NCBI GenBank assembly: GCA_001730065.1
Contig: MDLE01000001.1
Coordinates: 1-62,031 of the forward strand
DNA from: Rickettsiales bacterium (ex Bugula neritina AB1)
GTDB taxonomy: Bacteria; Pseudomonadota; Alphaproteobacteria; CAJXXZ01; UBA1459
DNA length: 62,031 nucleotides
Reading direction: 5' to 3'
Part shown: positions 41,132-50,296 of the stretch, one piece after another
Numbering within the stretch: the stretch's first letter is position 1
How the letters are laid out: each line of letters starts with the position of its first letter
Notes under the pieces: generated by a model
The model's database searches: none
What the model was told of the DNA's origin: nothing
Seen by the model: the letters and a program-made list of their open reading frames with translations, nothing else
Translations under genes and position numbers: made by a program

Positions 41132-41881
41132 ATGCTAGCAGATTCACATACGCATTTTCAGTTTATAGAAGAAGATGTTGATAATATTTTACAAAAATAT
41201 CCTATGTTAAAATTAATTATAAATGTGGGTACTAAATTAGAGGATGATTTTCGTGTATACAATAAATACCCACAAATATATAATACTTATGGTATACATC
41301 CAAAAGAAAAAATTTCCATTCCTATTTATAAATTATTAGAAATTTTAGAAAATAAAATAAATAATGATAAAAAATCTGTAGGTGTAGGTGAAATAGGTTT
41401 GGATTTTAGTGTTGATAACTCTAAGGAAGAAATTATTAGACAATATGAGCTATTTGAAAGTCAAGTTTATTTATCTCGTAAAATGAATAAACCTATTTGT
41501 ATTCATTCCCGTAGTTGTGATATTGATTATTTGTTGAAAACCCTTAAAGGAACAAAATTTGTTCTTCATTGTTTTACTCATAATTATGATATTGCCATTA
41601 AAGCTTTAAATGCTAATGGATTTATATCTTTTTCAGGTATTGTTACTTTTCAAAAAAACGTTGAAGAAATTGTTAAAACTGCTGCTTTAATCCCAAAAGA
41701 AAGAATTTTAATAGAAACAGACGCACCATATTTAACACCAGTACCTTATAGGGGTAAAAAAAATCATCCTGGTTTTTTAGAAGAAATAGCTAAAAAAATA
41801 TCAGAAATTCGTAAAGAAAACTTAGAAGAGGTTATGAAATATACATTTTCTAATACAAAACAACTATATAATATAATATGA
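41132..41881 (+). CDS. tatD: TatD family nuclease
   Basis: DSHTH, GIHP, GEIGLD, IHSR, LHCF, ETDAPYL. Confidence 0.95.
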   Translation: MLADSHTHFQFIEEDVDNILQKYPMLKLIINVGTKLEDDFRVYNKYPQIYNTYGIHPKEKISIPIYKLLEILENKINNDKKSVGVGEIGLDFSVDNSKEEIIRQYELFESQVYLSRKMNKPICIHSRSCDIDYLLKTLKGTKFVLHCFTHNYDIAIKALNANGFISFSGIVTFQKNVEEIVKTAALIPKERILIETDAPYLTPVPYRGKKNHPGFLEEIAKKISEIRKENLEEVMKYTFSNTKQLYNII

Positions 41882-44283
41882 AATCTATAAAGCATTTATT
41901 CTACTTAAATATAATAATTTTTGGTATTAATGATATATCTAATATTAAAAATACATATATAAAATATTTATTTACACTTTCTATCTGTATATTTACATAT
42001 AAAATAATTACAAGAAAAACTAAACCTTTATCTTCTTTAGAAAATATCGATAATTATAATTCTTTAGAAAATATCGATAATTATAATTCTTTAGATAAAA
42101 ATAATTATTTTTTATTTTTTTTTGTAATTTTTGTTTTTATAATAATCTCAAATATTTTATATAAATATGTCAATTATAAATATAAAAATATACTAATTAC
42201 TAATGAGGAAAATCCTAAAAATGATAAAAATATTAGTAAAATTTCTTCTCAAAAAAATGAAGAAAATACAAATGTAAGTGATACATCTAAAAAGATATCC
42301 CTTGATAAGACTGATCATCAAAAAAATGATAAAAATATTAGTAAAATTTCTTCTCAAAACAATGAAGAAAATAATCATACAATATCCTATCAAAATATTA
42401 ACTATACAATTTATTCTATAATAATAATATTGATTATAATGTTTTGTGCTTTTCATATAATATTTTGTGCTTTTCATATAATATTTTGTGCTTTTCAAAA
42501 TAATAATGAAGACCAAAAACCTAAGAAAAAAACAGAAGATAATAAAACAGATAATCAAGAAATTGATAAATTTTTAAAATATTTGATTAAAAATTATGAT
42601 GTTTGTGATCCAACAATTATTGATATTGAAAATAATGAACAAGCATTATGTTTTAATATACAAAATATAGATGAAAAAAATTTGAAACTTTTTAATAATG
42701 AAGAAGAACCAGAAGATATTAATCCATCTTTAACTCTAAAAAAAAACCAAAACAAAATATGTGAGTTTAATTTATCCTCCTTAAAAGATTTTAGACAATC
42801 TAAAGATAAATATTATATTAATGGATATAAAGAAATTGATTATTACATAATTCCTCCTATTTATGATAAAAATAGAAAAATAAATGTAAAAGAAGAGTAT
42901 CCCTTATTAATCATAAAAGAGATTTTGAATCGTATAAAAATTCAAACAGATCCAAAACATTCTAAACAAAAGATTGATAATATTGTAGAAACTAGTATGG
43001 GAAAATACAAAATAGAAACAACAAATGAGACTAAAAAAAATTATCAATTTGAAGAAAAGGATAATAAGTCTTTTTATGAGTTAGTAAAAAAAATAATTTC
43101 TTGTAAATCTTATAATGCATTAAGCTCGGAGTATACAAAACTATCTGAAGATATCAAAAATAAAATTAAATATCATGAATATGATTATATACCAGATAAA
43201 TACTTGTTAGTTATAAAACTACCATCATCCTATAAAAATTACTTGCAAAATATAACAAAACATATAGATAATGACGGTAAAAACGATATTTTAATAGGAA
43301 AAAATAACTGTCAAATTATTGCTACTATTGATTGTTTGAAATATTTCTTAAAAGAATATAAAAAAATTTTTAATAATGATGATTTTGAAAAAAAAATAAT
43401 TGAAATGTATAATATTTTACAATTCATTTTTAGTAAAATTGAAAATGAAAAAGAAATATTTTGGAATTTATTACATTATTTTTTTACTATTAATGAACAC
43501 AAGCCCAATAATCAATGCGAGGATAAAGTAGAAATTAATGAAAATTTTAAAAAATACTTAAACCAAGCAGAACATAAATGGGATATATATACAATATATA
43601 AAGAATATAATGATAATAATAATAATAATAAATTTATTATGACATTATATAATTATAATTTTATGGAAGATAGTGTATTTCATAAAAATAAAAAAGAAAA
43701 TCCAAATATAAATGAAATAATAGAATACATTTCTGCTAGTATGATAATTTTAGTAAAAAAAGATATAGATAAAGAACAAAATATAGATGGTATAGATAAT
43801 TTCTTTAAAATTTTTGGAAATTTTTATTCTAGTGATAAAGTTGTATCTGTTTCTTCTATGAAATTTGAAAAAAATGAAAATATTTATAATTTATTAATGA
43901 AGTATTTAGAGACTTTGATTAATTTTAAAAAAAAAATTTTATCTATGAATATTATTCATGATGATAATCATTATTATGTCAAATACTTAGAAAATGAAAA
44001 TAATAAAAATGAGGATACAACAAATACATCAAAAAAATCAAATTCAAGTTTAAATAAAGAATCACAAATAAATTTCAGAAAAATAATTCATTCAAATGAA
44101 TTTATTAAAAAATATCAAAATCAAAAAAATCAAAAAGAACTAAAAAAAAAAGTAAATGATTATATTTGGGATTTTAAGAAATTAATACAAACAGAAAATG
44201 ACAACGAAATATTTCCACAAAATATTAATAAGAAACAATTTATATGGAATTTATTTTTTTATTATCAAGATAATGAAGAATAA
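41878..44283 (+). CDS. Hypothetical membrane-anchored protein with repeat-rich N-terminus
   Basis: 801 aa; signal-like start, several TMs, tandem repeats, large K/N/E-rich soluble region. Confidence 0.6.
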   Translation: MKSIKHLFYLNIIIFGINDISNIKNTYIKYLFTLSICIFTYKIITRKTKPLSSLENIDNYNSLENIDNYNSLDKNNYFLFFFVIFVFIIISNILYKYVNYKYKNILITNEENPKNDKNISKISSQKNEENTNVSDTSKKISLDKTDHQKNDKNISKISSQNNEENNHTISYQNINYTIYSIIIILIIMFCAFHIIFCAFHIIFCAFQNNNEDQKPKKKTEDNKTDNQEIDKFLKYLIKNYDVCDPTIIDIENNEQALCFNIQNIDEKNLKLFNNEEEPEDINPSLTLKKNQNKICEFNLSSLKDFRQSKDKYYINGYKEIDYYIIPPIYDKNRKINVKEEYPLLIIKEILNRIKIQTDPKHSKQKIDNIVETSMGKYKIETTNETKKNYQFEEKDNKSFYELVKKIISCKSYNALSSEYTKLSEDIKNKIKYHEYDYIPDKYLLVIKLPSSYKNYLQNITKHIDNDGKNDILIGKNNCQIIATIDCLKYFLKEYKKIFNNDDFEKKIIEMYNILQFIFSKIENEKEIFWNLLHYFFTINEHKPNNQCEDKVEINENFKKYLNQAEHKWDIYTIYKEYNDNNNNNKFIMTLYNYNFMEDSVFHKNKKENPNINEIIEYISASMIILVKKDIDKEQNIDGIDNFFKIFGNFYSSDKVVSVSSMKFEKNENIYNLLMKYLETLINFKKKILSMNIIHDDNHYYVKYLENENNKNEDTTNTSKKSNSSLNKESQINFRKIIHSNEFIKKYQNQKNQKELKKKVNDYIWDFKKLIQTENDNEIFPQNINKKQFIWNLFFYYQDNEE
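42034..42095. repeat. In-frame 27-bp tandem repeat (SLENIDNYN x2 plus partial)
   Basis: TCTTTAGAAAATATCGATAATTATAAT unit. Confidence 0.85.
42217..42373. repeat. About 52-bp direct repeat at 105-bp spacing (KNDKNISKISSQxNEEN)
   Basis: Near-identical copies at 42217 and 42322. Confidence 0.8.
42442..42497. repeat. In-frame 21-bp tandem repeat (FCAFHII, about 2.7 copies)
   Basis: TTTTGTGCTTTTCATATAATA unit. Confidence 0.85.
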
Positions 44284-44304
44284 TATAATATATGATTTTT
44301 TATA

Positions 44305-45226
44305 TTAGAATATATTTTTATTATTATATAAATCTCTAAGATCTTGGCATTTTTCTAATAACATACATAACCTTTCTATTCCTAATCCTATAGCAAAACC
44401 ATAAGTAGGTTTTTTTTGATTATTTTTAAAAACATTTTCATGAATAATTCCACAACCTAATAGTTCTACCCAATTTCCTTTTAAATTAACATCAACTTCA
44501 TAAGAAGGAGTTGTAAAAGGAAAATAACTTAGTCTCATTCTATATGTAATATTGTTATTGAATATTTTTTCTAAAAAAACATCAATAAATCCCTTAAGGG
44601 TACTTATATTCGCATCACTATTCACATATATTACATCCATTTGATGAAACATAGGAACATGTGTTCTATCGCTATCATATCTATATACTCTACCTATAGA
44701 ATATTTTTTTATTATATCTTTATTATTCCAATTACTAAAAATTTTTGATTGCACATTAGTGGCTTGAGTTCTTGGTTGTAATTTTGAGTTTAAAAAGAAA
44801 AAAGATTGTTGTTCATTACGACAAGCATGAAATTCATGAATATTTAATTTGTCAAAAATATTTTCTGCTGTATCAATTTCTTTTGCGTATTCATAAGTAA
44901 AACCAAAGCCGCTCATGATTTTTTCTATTTTATGGATTATTTGTGAAATAGGATGTAATTTACCCATAAATTTACAGGAAGGTAAATATTTTTGTGTTTG
45001 TTTTTTAGATACAACTTTTTCGTATTTTTTTAAAGCATTTTTAAAAATTTCATTGATTTTTTTTTTTTTGATTATTTATATCAATCAATAATTCTTTATT
45101 ATTTTTATCAACATTTTTAATATAATCATTAATATTTCTAATATATATGTTTTTTAATTGTTGTAGTTTTTTAAAATTTGATATTTCTTTAATTTCTTTG
45201 TTTATATTGTCTATATCAAATAACAT
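44305..45226 (-). CDS. pheS: Phenylalanyl-tRNA synthetase alpha subunit, split by a frameshift in an A13 tract (45057-45069)
   Basis: GKLHPI, GRVYRYD, HVPMFHQ, YFPFTTPS, GLGIERL; the upstream 60-aa ORF joins in frame if one A is removed. Confidence 0.9.
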
Positions 45227-45310
45227 TTTCAATATTATACTATATTTTATTGCTATTTTACAAATAAAAATCTTGATTACAAATTATCTAGATGATACTA
45301 TTGTAATAGT

Positions 45311-45583
45311 ATGAACAAAAAAATTTTATTAATCATTGTAGCCACAATAGGTGTGTTAGTATATTTAAACTTCTTTAATTGTAATAAAAACTCCTGTAAA
45401 AGTAGTATAAAAGAAGAAGATTCTAAGAGAAAAAAAGAAACTACACAAAAGACTCTGACAGAAAAGAAAGAAGAAATGTGTATTGTATGTGAAGATACAA
45501 AAGATAATAAAAATACACAAAAAACAAATAATACACAAAAAACAATCGAAAAAAATAAGAATAGTAAAATTAATAATAAATAG
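45311..45583 (+). CDS. Small hypothetical membrane-anchored protein with a CxxC
   Basis: N-terminal TM; CIVC; NTQKT repeat; promoter TTGATT-17-TACTAT upstream. Confidence 0.55.
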   Translation: MNKKILLIIVATIGVLVYLNFFNCNKNSCKSSIKEEDSKRKKETTQKTLTEKKEEMCIVCEDTKDNKNTQKTNNTQKTIEKNKNSKINNK

Positions 45584-45597
45584 ATTTATTAAAATTT

Positions 45598-45852
45598 ATG
45601 AATTTTCTTTTTTATTATAATGATAAAGAATTACCATATATTGATAAAGAAGAATTGGTATTAGTAACTAAACTAGATAAATTTTATAAAAAAATTTATT
45701 TTTATTTTCCTGAGAAAAGATTTAGTAATTTTTTTGAGAAAAAAATTTTTTTTATTAAAAGTATTAAAGGTAAAGAAAAAGAAGACTGTATTCTTGCAAA
45801 AAATATAAATAGTTATAAAATTATTGAAAATTTTTATGATATTTTTTACTAA
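45598..45852 (+). CDS. Small hypothetical protein
   Basis: 84-aa ATG ORF filling the gap before recA. Confidence 0.45.
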   Translation: MNFLFYYNDKELPYIDKEELVLVTKLDKFYKKIYFYFPEKRFSNFFEKKIFFIKSIKGKEKEDCILAKNINSYKIIENFYDIFY

Positions 45853-45907
45853 AAATAATTATAATATTTAATCATTTCCTTTGTGGAATATGATACTCTT
45901 ATAAGTA

Positions 45908-46924
45908 ATGACTAAAGACAAAAAAAACACTATTGATGCTGATAATTTAGATAATTTGGAAAGTATAAAAAAACATATTAATACTAGTTTTGGAAATGGA
46001 AGTATATGGACTTCTGAAGAAAAAAACAAAGAAAATATTCCTTTTGTTTCTACAGGTTCTATGTTACTGAATGAGGCTATAGGTGTAGGAGGTTTACCAT
46101 TAGGTAGAATAGTAGAAATTTATGGTCCTGAAAGTTCTGGAAAAACTACTTTGGCTTTAGAAGTAATTAAAAATGCTCAAAAAAATGGGAAAATTTGTGG
46201 TTTTATTGATACGGAACATGCTTTAGATATAAATTATTGTAATCGTATAGGTATTGACACCAAAAATCTTTTGATATCACAACCAGATTATGGCGAACAG
46301 GCATTAGAAATATTACAAAATATTATAGAAAGAATCTCTTATCAAAAGGGAGGTGTTGTAGTCTTAGATAGTGTTGCAGCACTTGTAACAAAAAATGAAA
46401 TTGATGGTGATATGGGAGATGTACATATAGGTCAACTAGCACGTTTAATGAGTCAATCCTTAAAAAAACTTGTGTCAGTAATTGCTAAAAATAATGTACT
46501 AGTAATTTTTACAAATCAATTAAGGTCTAAAATTGGTGTAATGTTTGGTAGTTCTGAAACTACTTGTGGTGGAAATGCTTTAAAATTTTATTCATCAGTT
46601 CGTCTTGATATTCGTAGAAGTGAATATATGAAAAAAGATGACAAAGTATTAGGTATAAAATCTAGAGTAAAAGTTGTTAAAAACAAAGTAGGATCTCCTT
46701 TCCAGGAATCTATTATAGAAATAAGATATAATCATGGTATATGCATAGAAAATGAAATTTTAGATATAGGAACAAATAAAAATATTATAGAGAAAAATGG
46801 TCATTATTATTACTATAATAATCAAAAATTAGGACAAGGTAAAGAATCTGCTTGTGAATTTTTACGTAGTAATCTTGATATAAAAAATGAAATATTAGAA
46901 AAACTTATTTCTATAAAAATATAA
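45908..46924 (+). CDS. recA: Recombinase A
   Basis: GPESSGKTT, SQPDYGEQALE, DSVAAL, GGNALKFYSSVRLDIRR. Confidence 0.98.
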   Translation: MTKDKKNTIDADNLDNLESIKKHINTSFGNGSIWTSEEKNKENIPFVSTGSMLLNEAIGVGGLPLGRIVEIYGPESSGKTTLALEVIKNAQKNGKICGFIDTEHALDINYCNRIGIDTKNLLISQPDYGEQALEILQNIIERISYQKGGVVVLDSVAALVTKNEIDGDMGDVHIGQLARLMSQSLKKLVSVIAKNNVLVIFTNQLRSKIGVMFGSSETTCGGNALKFYSSVRLDIRRSEYMKKDDKVLGIKSRVKVVKNKVGSPFQESIIEIRYNHGICIENEILDIGTNKNIIEKNGHYYYYNNQKLGQGKESACEFLRSNLDIKNEILEKLISIKI

Positions 46925-46981
46925 AATACCATTAATATTAAAATAATATCTATAAAGATATGTTATTATTATATTAGTTCT

Positions 46982-48871
46982 ATGAAATTAAATAAAAAAT
47001 ATCTCTTATTATTAATTTTTCAAGTATGTGAACTAGTTCAATTAGAAAATATTAATAATAATTTAAAACAGCAACCTCAAAATATTTTTAAAAAAATTTA
47101 CGATGAAAAATCTACAAAAAAAGATGATCTAAAAATGATTTTTAAATATTATGAACCTATGTATAAAACAACTAGAGTATTTTGTGTTTCTTTTGCAAAA
47201 ATATTTTTATTATTACAAATTTTTAGTTTTATTTCTTATATAAAAAATTTTTTATTTCCATTCCAAATAGAAATATTTGATTCATTTTCAAGATTATATA
47301 TAGATAATATTATAACTACAATGCTATTAGTAACTATTATAAATATGTTATGGGAGTGTGTTAAATATTATATTAATCATTATACTAATTATTCATTAGA
47401 AAAAAAATTTAAAAAATTTATATCAGAAGATTATATCTTAAAATTTTTATACAATGCATTAAAAAAAAGTAATTTCATAAATGGGATATCTATGGGGTAT
47501 GCAGGTATTATCTTACAATTTTTCCAGATTTCGATAAAATTATTCTTGTCTTATTTTATCTATTATTTTATACCTTTTACTTATCTCAAATCAATATTAA
47601 AAAACAATATAGAATTTTTAACAAGTTATATCCTATTTTTAGCAATTTTATCTATTATATTATTATTTATTAAAAATTATAACTCCTTAAAAAATCCTGA
47701 AACAACAAATAAAACATTTATAGGAAAGTGGGTTTATTTTTTATCAACTATTAATTTAACACATATAGTAATCAGAAATATACCATATGTATTGTTATCT
47801 ATACCAATTGACATTGTATTACAAATTCTTCCTTCTTGGGTGAGTGCAATTTTAAGTTTTTCAAGAGTATTTATAATATCCTTTTTCATAAACATAGAAG
47901 TTGTAAAAAAAGTTATCAATTATGTTATAAAATTTATATCTAGTATTTTTTATAAAATATCATGTTTAAATATATGGAAATGGAAATATTTTTATTACTT
48001 TAACTACAAAGAAGAATTTTTAGAGGAATACGATATTGTTAAAAAAAATTTTGATAATGAATGTTATGGACAAATGTTACGCTATATTAATAATAATAAA
48101 GACGATCTAAAAAAATCTAGTGAAATAGAAGAGATATTAAGTTTAATAGGAATTTATAACACAAATAATAATAATTATTCTTCCTTGAAAAAAGAAATAC
48201 AACAAATTTTTTTTCCAAAAATGTCTTTTGATGCATTGTGTAATATTGAAAAATATTATAAAACAAAACAAATTGATAATATTTCTTTACAGGAATTGAT
48301 AATATTTATTCATAATGTAATTGATAATTATCTTGTTATGATGCCAAAATATTATTTAAATGAAAAAAATTTGAAAAATTTTTTTGAGGAATTTAAAAAA
48401 ATTAGTATGCCAGATGGTGTTTATTTTACAGAAATTCAAGATATAAATTTATATGTAGAAAACTCTATAAGATCTTTAAATGAAATAAAAAAAATTGATG
48501 CAATGTTTTTAGATTATAATATATACAAGGAAGAACTTACTAAAATGGTTAACGATAAAAAACGTGTAAAAGAAATAAAAAAAACCATAAGTTATTTTGA
48601 TAATTTAAAAATATTAATAGAAAATAAAAGTAATAAATTTTATTGGCGTGATTATGTTTTAGGTTTAAATAGTATAGAAGTTAATAAAGAAGATAAAATT
48701 AAAATATCTAATAATGAAGTAAAACTTACAAGAATTACTAAAAAAAAAATTATTACTTTTACTATTTTTTTAGCTTTTATACATAACATTATCCCTTATG
48801 GAAAAAGAAAATATTTAGATTATAAAATTCAAAAAAAAATATTAGAAATGTCTATAAAAAAAAATAAATAA
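46982..48871 (+). CDS. Hypothetical polytopic membrane protein with signal peptide
   Basis: 629 aa; several TMs in the N-terminal half, soluble C-terminal half, C-terminal TM. Confidence 0.6.
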   Translation: MKLNKKYLLLLIFQVCELVQLENINNNLKQQPQNIFKKIYDEKSTKKDDLKMIFKYYEPMYKTTRVFCVSFAKIFLLLQIFSFISYIKNFLFPFQIEIFDSFSRLYIDNIITTMLLVTIINMLWECVKYYINHYTNYSLEKKFKKFISEDYILKFLYNALKKSNFINGISMGYAGIILQFFQISIKLFLSYFIYYFIPFTYLKSILKNNIEFLTSYILFLAILSIILLFIKNYNSLKNPETTNKTFIGKWVYFLSTINLTHIVIRNIPYVLLSIPIDIVLQILPSWVSAILSFSRVFIISFFINIEVVKKVINYVIKFISSIFYKISCLNIWKWKYFYYFNYKEEFLEEYDIVKKNFDNECYGQMLRYINNNKDDLKKSSEIEEILSLIGIYNTNNNNYSSLKKEIQQIFFPKMSFDALCNIEKYYKTKQIDNISLQELIIFIHNVIDNYLVMMPKYYLNEKNLKNFFEEFKKISMPDGVYFTEIQDINLYVENSIRSLNEIKKIDAMFLDYNIYKEELTKMVNDKKRVKEIKKTISYFDNLKILIENKSNKFYWRDYVLGLNSIEVNKEDKIKISNNEVKLTRITKKKIITFTIFLAFIHNIIPYGKRKYLDYKIQKKILEMSIKKNK

Positions 48872-48901
48872 ATAGTAAAAAAACTATGTTAAAATACCAT
48901 T

Positions 48902-49885
48902 ATGGGTAATTCAAATTCAATAATTAGTGGTATTCAACCTACAGGAGATCTACATATTGGTAATTATATAGGTATTTTTCATAATCTATACGAAATAATT
49001 AAAGATCCTTTATATAAAAAAAATGATATATTTATTTTTTTAGCGGATTTACATGCAATGACTATTCCTAATAAGAATTTAAAATCAAAGGGGATAGAAA
49101 TTATAAAATGGATTTTATCTACTAAAATAAATGGTAATCTTAAAATTTATTTTCAATCTGATATTACTAATATTACAAAAGGATATTGGTTTCTTTCCAC
49201 ATTTACACATATGGGGGAAATGAATAGAATGACACAGTTTAAAGAAAAAAGTGAATTAGGTAATAGTAATGTAGGGTTATATACTTATCCAATTCTTATG
49301 GCGGCGGATATTTTATATGTTAATGCTAGATTTTTAGGAGTTGGAGAAGATCAAAAACAACACTTAGAAATTACCCGTGATATTTCTATACGTATTAATA
49401 ATTATTTTTCAAGAAGTATTTTTACAATACCAGAGTTATTACCTCTACAGACTTTTCGTATTAAATCCTTAAATAATATAAATAAAAAAATGAGTAAATC
49501 AAATCCTGATGGTTGTTTATTTCTTAAAGATGATCCCAAAACAATTTATAATAAAATAAAAAAAGCTATAACTGATAAAGATACTTTTCCTACTAATTTA
49601 GAAGATTTAAAAAAACGTCCTGAAGCCTATAATTTAGGATTGATTTATAGTGTTATTGCTAATATAAGCTTACAAAATGTTATAAACAAATTTAGTGGTT
49701 ATAAATGGTCAGTGTTTAAAGAAGAACTATCAGGTGTAGTGATTCATACTCTAACAAATTTACAAAAAAATTATAAAGAAATTAGTGATGAATTTGTTTT
49801 ACAACGTACCCAGAAAGATATTCAATATATTAATTCTATTGTAGATGATAATATAAAAAAAACCTATAATTTAATGTTTCAATAA
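48902..49885 (+). CDS. trpS: Tryptophanyl-tRNA synthetase
   Basis: SGIQPTGDLHIGNY, YPILMAADIL, VGEDQKQHLE, KMSKS. Confidence 0.97.
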   Translation: MGNSNSIISGIQPTGDLHIGNYIGIFHNLYEIIKDPLYKKNDIFIFLADLHAMTIPNKNLKSKGIEIIKWILSTKINGNLKIYFQSDITNITKGYWFLSTFTHMGEMNRMTQFKEKSELGNSNVGLYTYPILMAADILYVNARFLGVGEDQKQHLEITRDISIRINNYFSRSIFTIPELLPLQTFRIKSLNNINKKMSKSNPDGCLFLKDDPKTIYNKIKKAITDKDTFPTNLEDLKKRPEAYNLGLIYSVIANISLQNVINKFSGYKWSVFKEELSGVVIHTLTNLQKNYKEISDEFVLQRTQKDIQYINSIVDDNIKKTYNLMFQ

Positions 49886-49889
49886 AAAA

Positions 49890-49962
49890 TGAATGTTCTG
49901 GGACTCGAACCCAGGACCGCCTGATTAAGAGTCAGAAGCTCTACCAACTGAGCTAAACATCC
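49890..49962 (-). tRNA. tRNA-Lys(CTT)
   Basis: GGATGTT/AACATTC acceptor; TCTGA-CTCTTAA-TCAGG anticodon arm. Confidence 0.95.
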
Positions 49963-49971
49963 ATATTTATT

Positions 49972-50000
49972 ATTATAGAATATTTACTTCATTAATGCAA
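49972..50000 (-). promoter_or_regulatory. Sigma70 promoter of tRNA-Lys: TTGCAT-17 nt-TATAAT
   Basis: Canonical spacing; tRNA starts 9 nt after the -10 box. Confidence 0.65.
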
Positions 50001-50023
50001 AAATTTTAAATATTAAATTGAAA

Positions 50024-50086
50024 GATTAAAATAAATATAATTATGATTAAAATAAATATAATTATGATTAAAATAAATATAATTAT
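50024..50086. repeat. Intergenic tandem repeat, 3 x 21 bp (GATTAAAATAAATATAATTAT)
   Basis: Three exact adjacent copies between tRNA-Lys and tRNA-Asp. Confidence 0.9.
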
Positions 50087-50093
50087 AAAAAAA

Positions 50094-50165
50094 CGAGAAT
50101 GACGGGAATCGAACCCGCGACCTCTTGCGTGACAGGCAAGCGCTCTACTACTGAGCTACATCCTC
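50094..50165 (-). tRNA. tRNA-Asp(GTC)
   Basis: GAGGATG/CATTCTC acceptor; CTTGC-CTGTCAC-GCAAG anticodon arm; G73; D-loop AGTAGTA lacks GG. Confidence 0.93.
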
Positions 50166-50296
50166 AAAATAGTATTTTTTCTAATAAGTAAATACTATAT
50201 GTTTTTAATTCTACTATATATATTTGTAAATTTCAATTTAAAAAATAAAATATTTTAATAATACATAAAATATATATTAATTGATATAATATACTC

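Noticed and set aside
45050-45232. Independent 60-aa gene
   Set aside because: Better explained as the N-terminal part of frameshifted pheS
50024-50086. CRISPR array
   Set aside because: Repeats are contiguous with no spacers, and no cas genes are present
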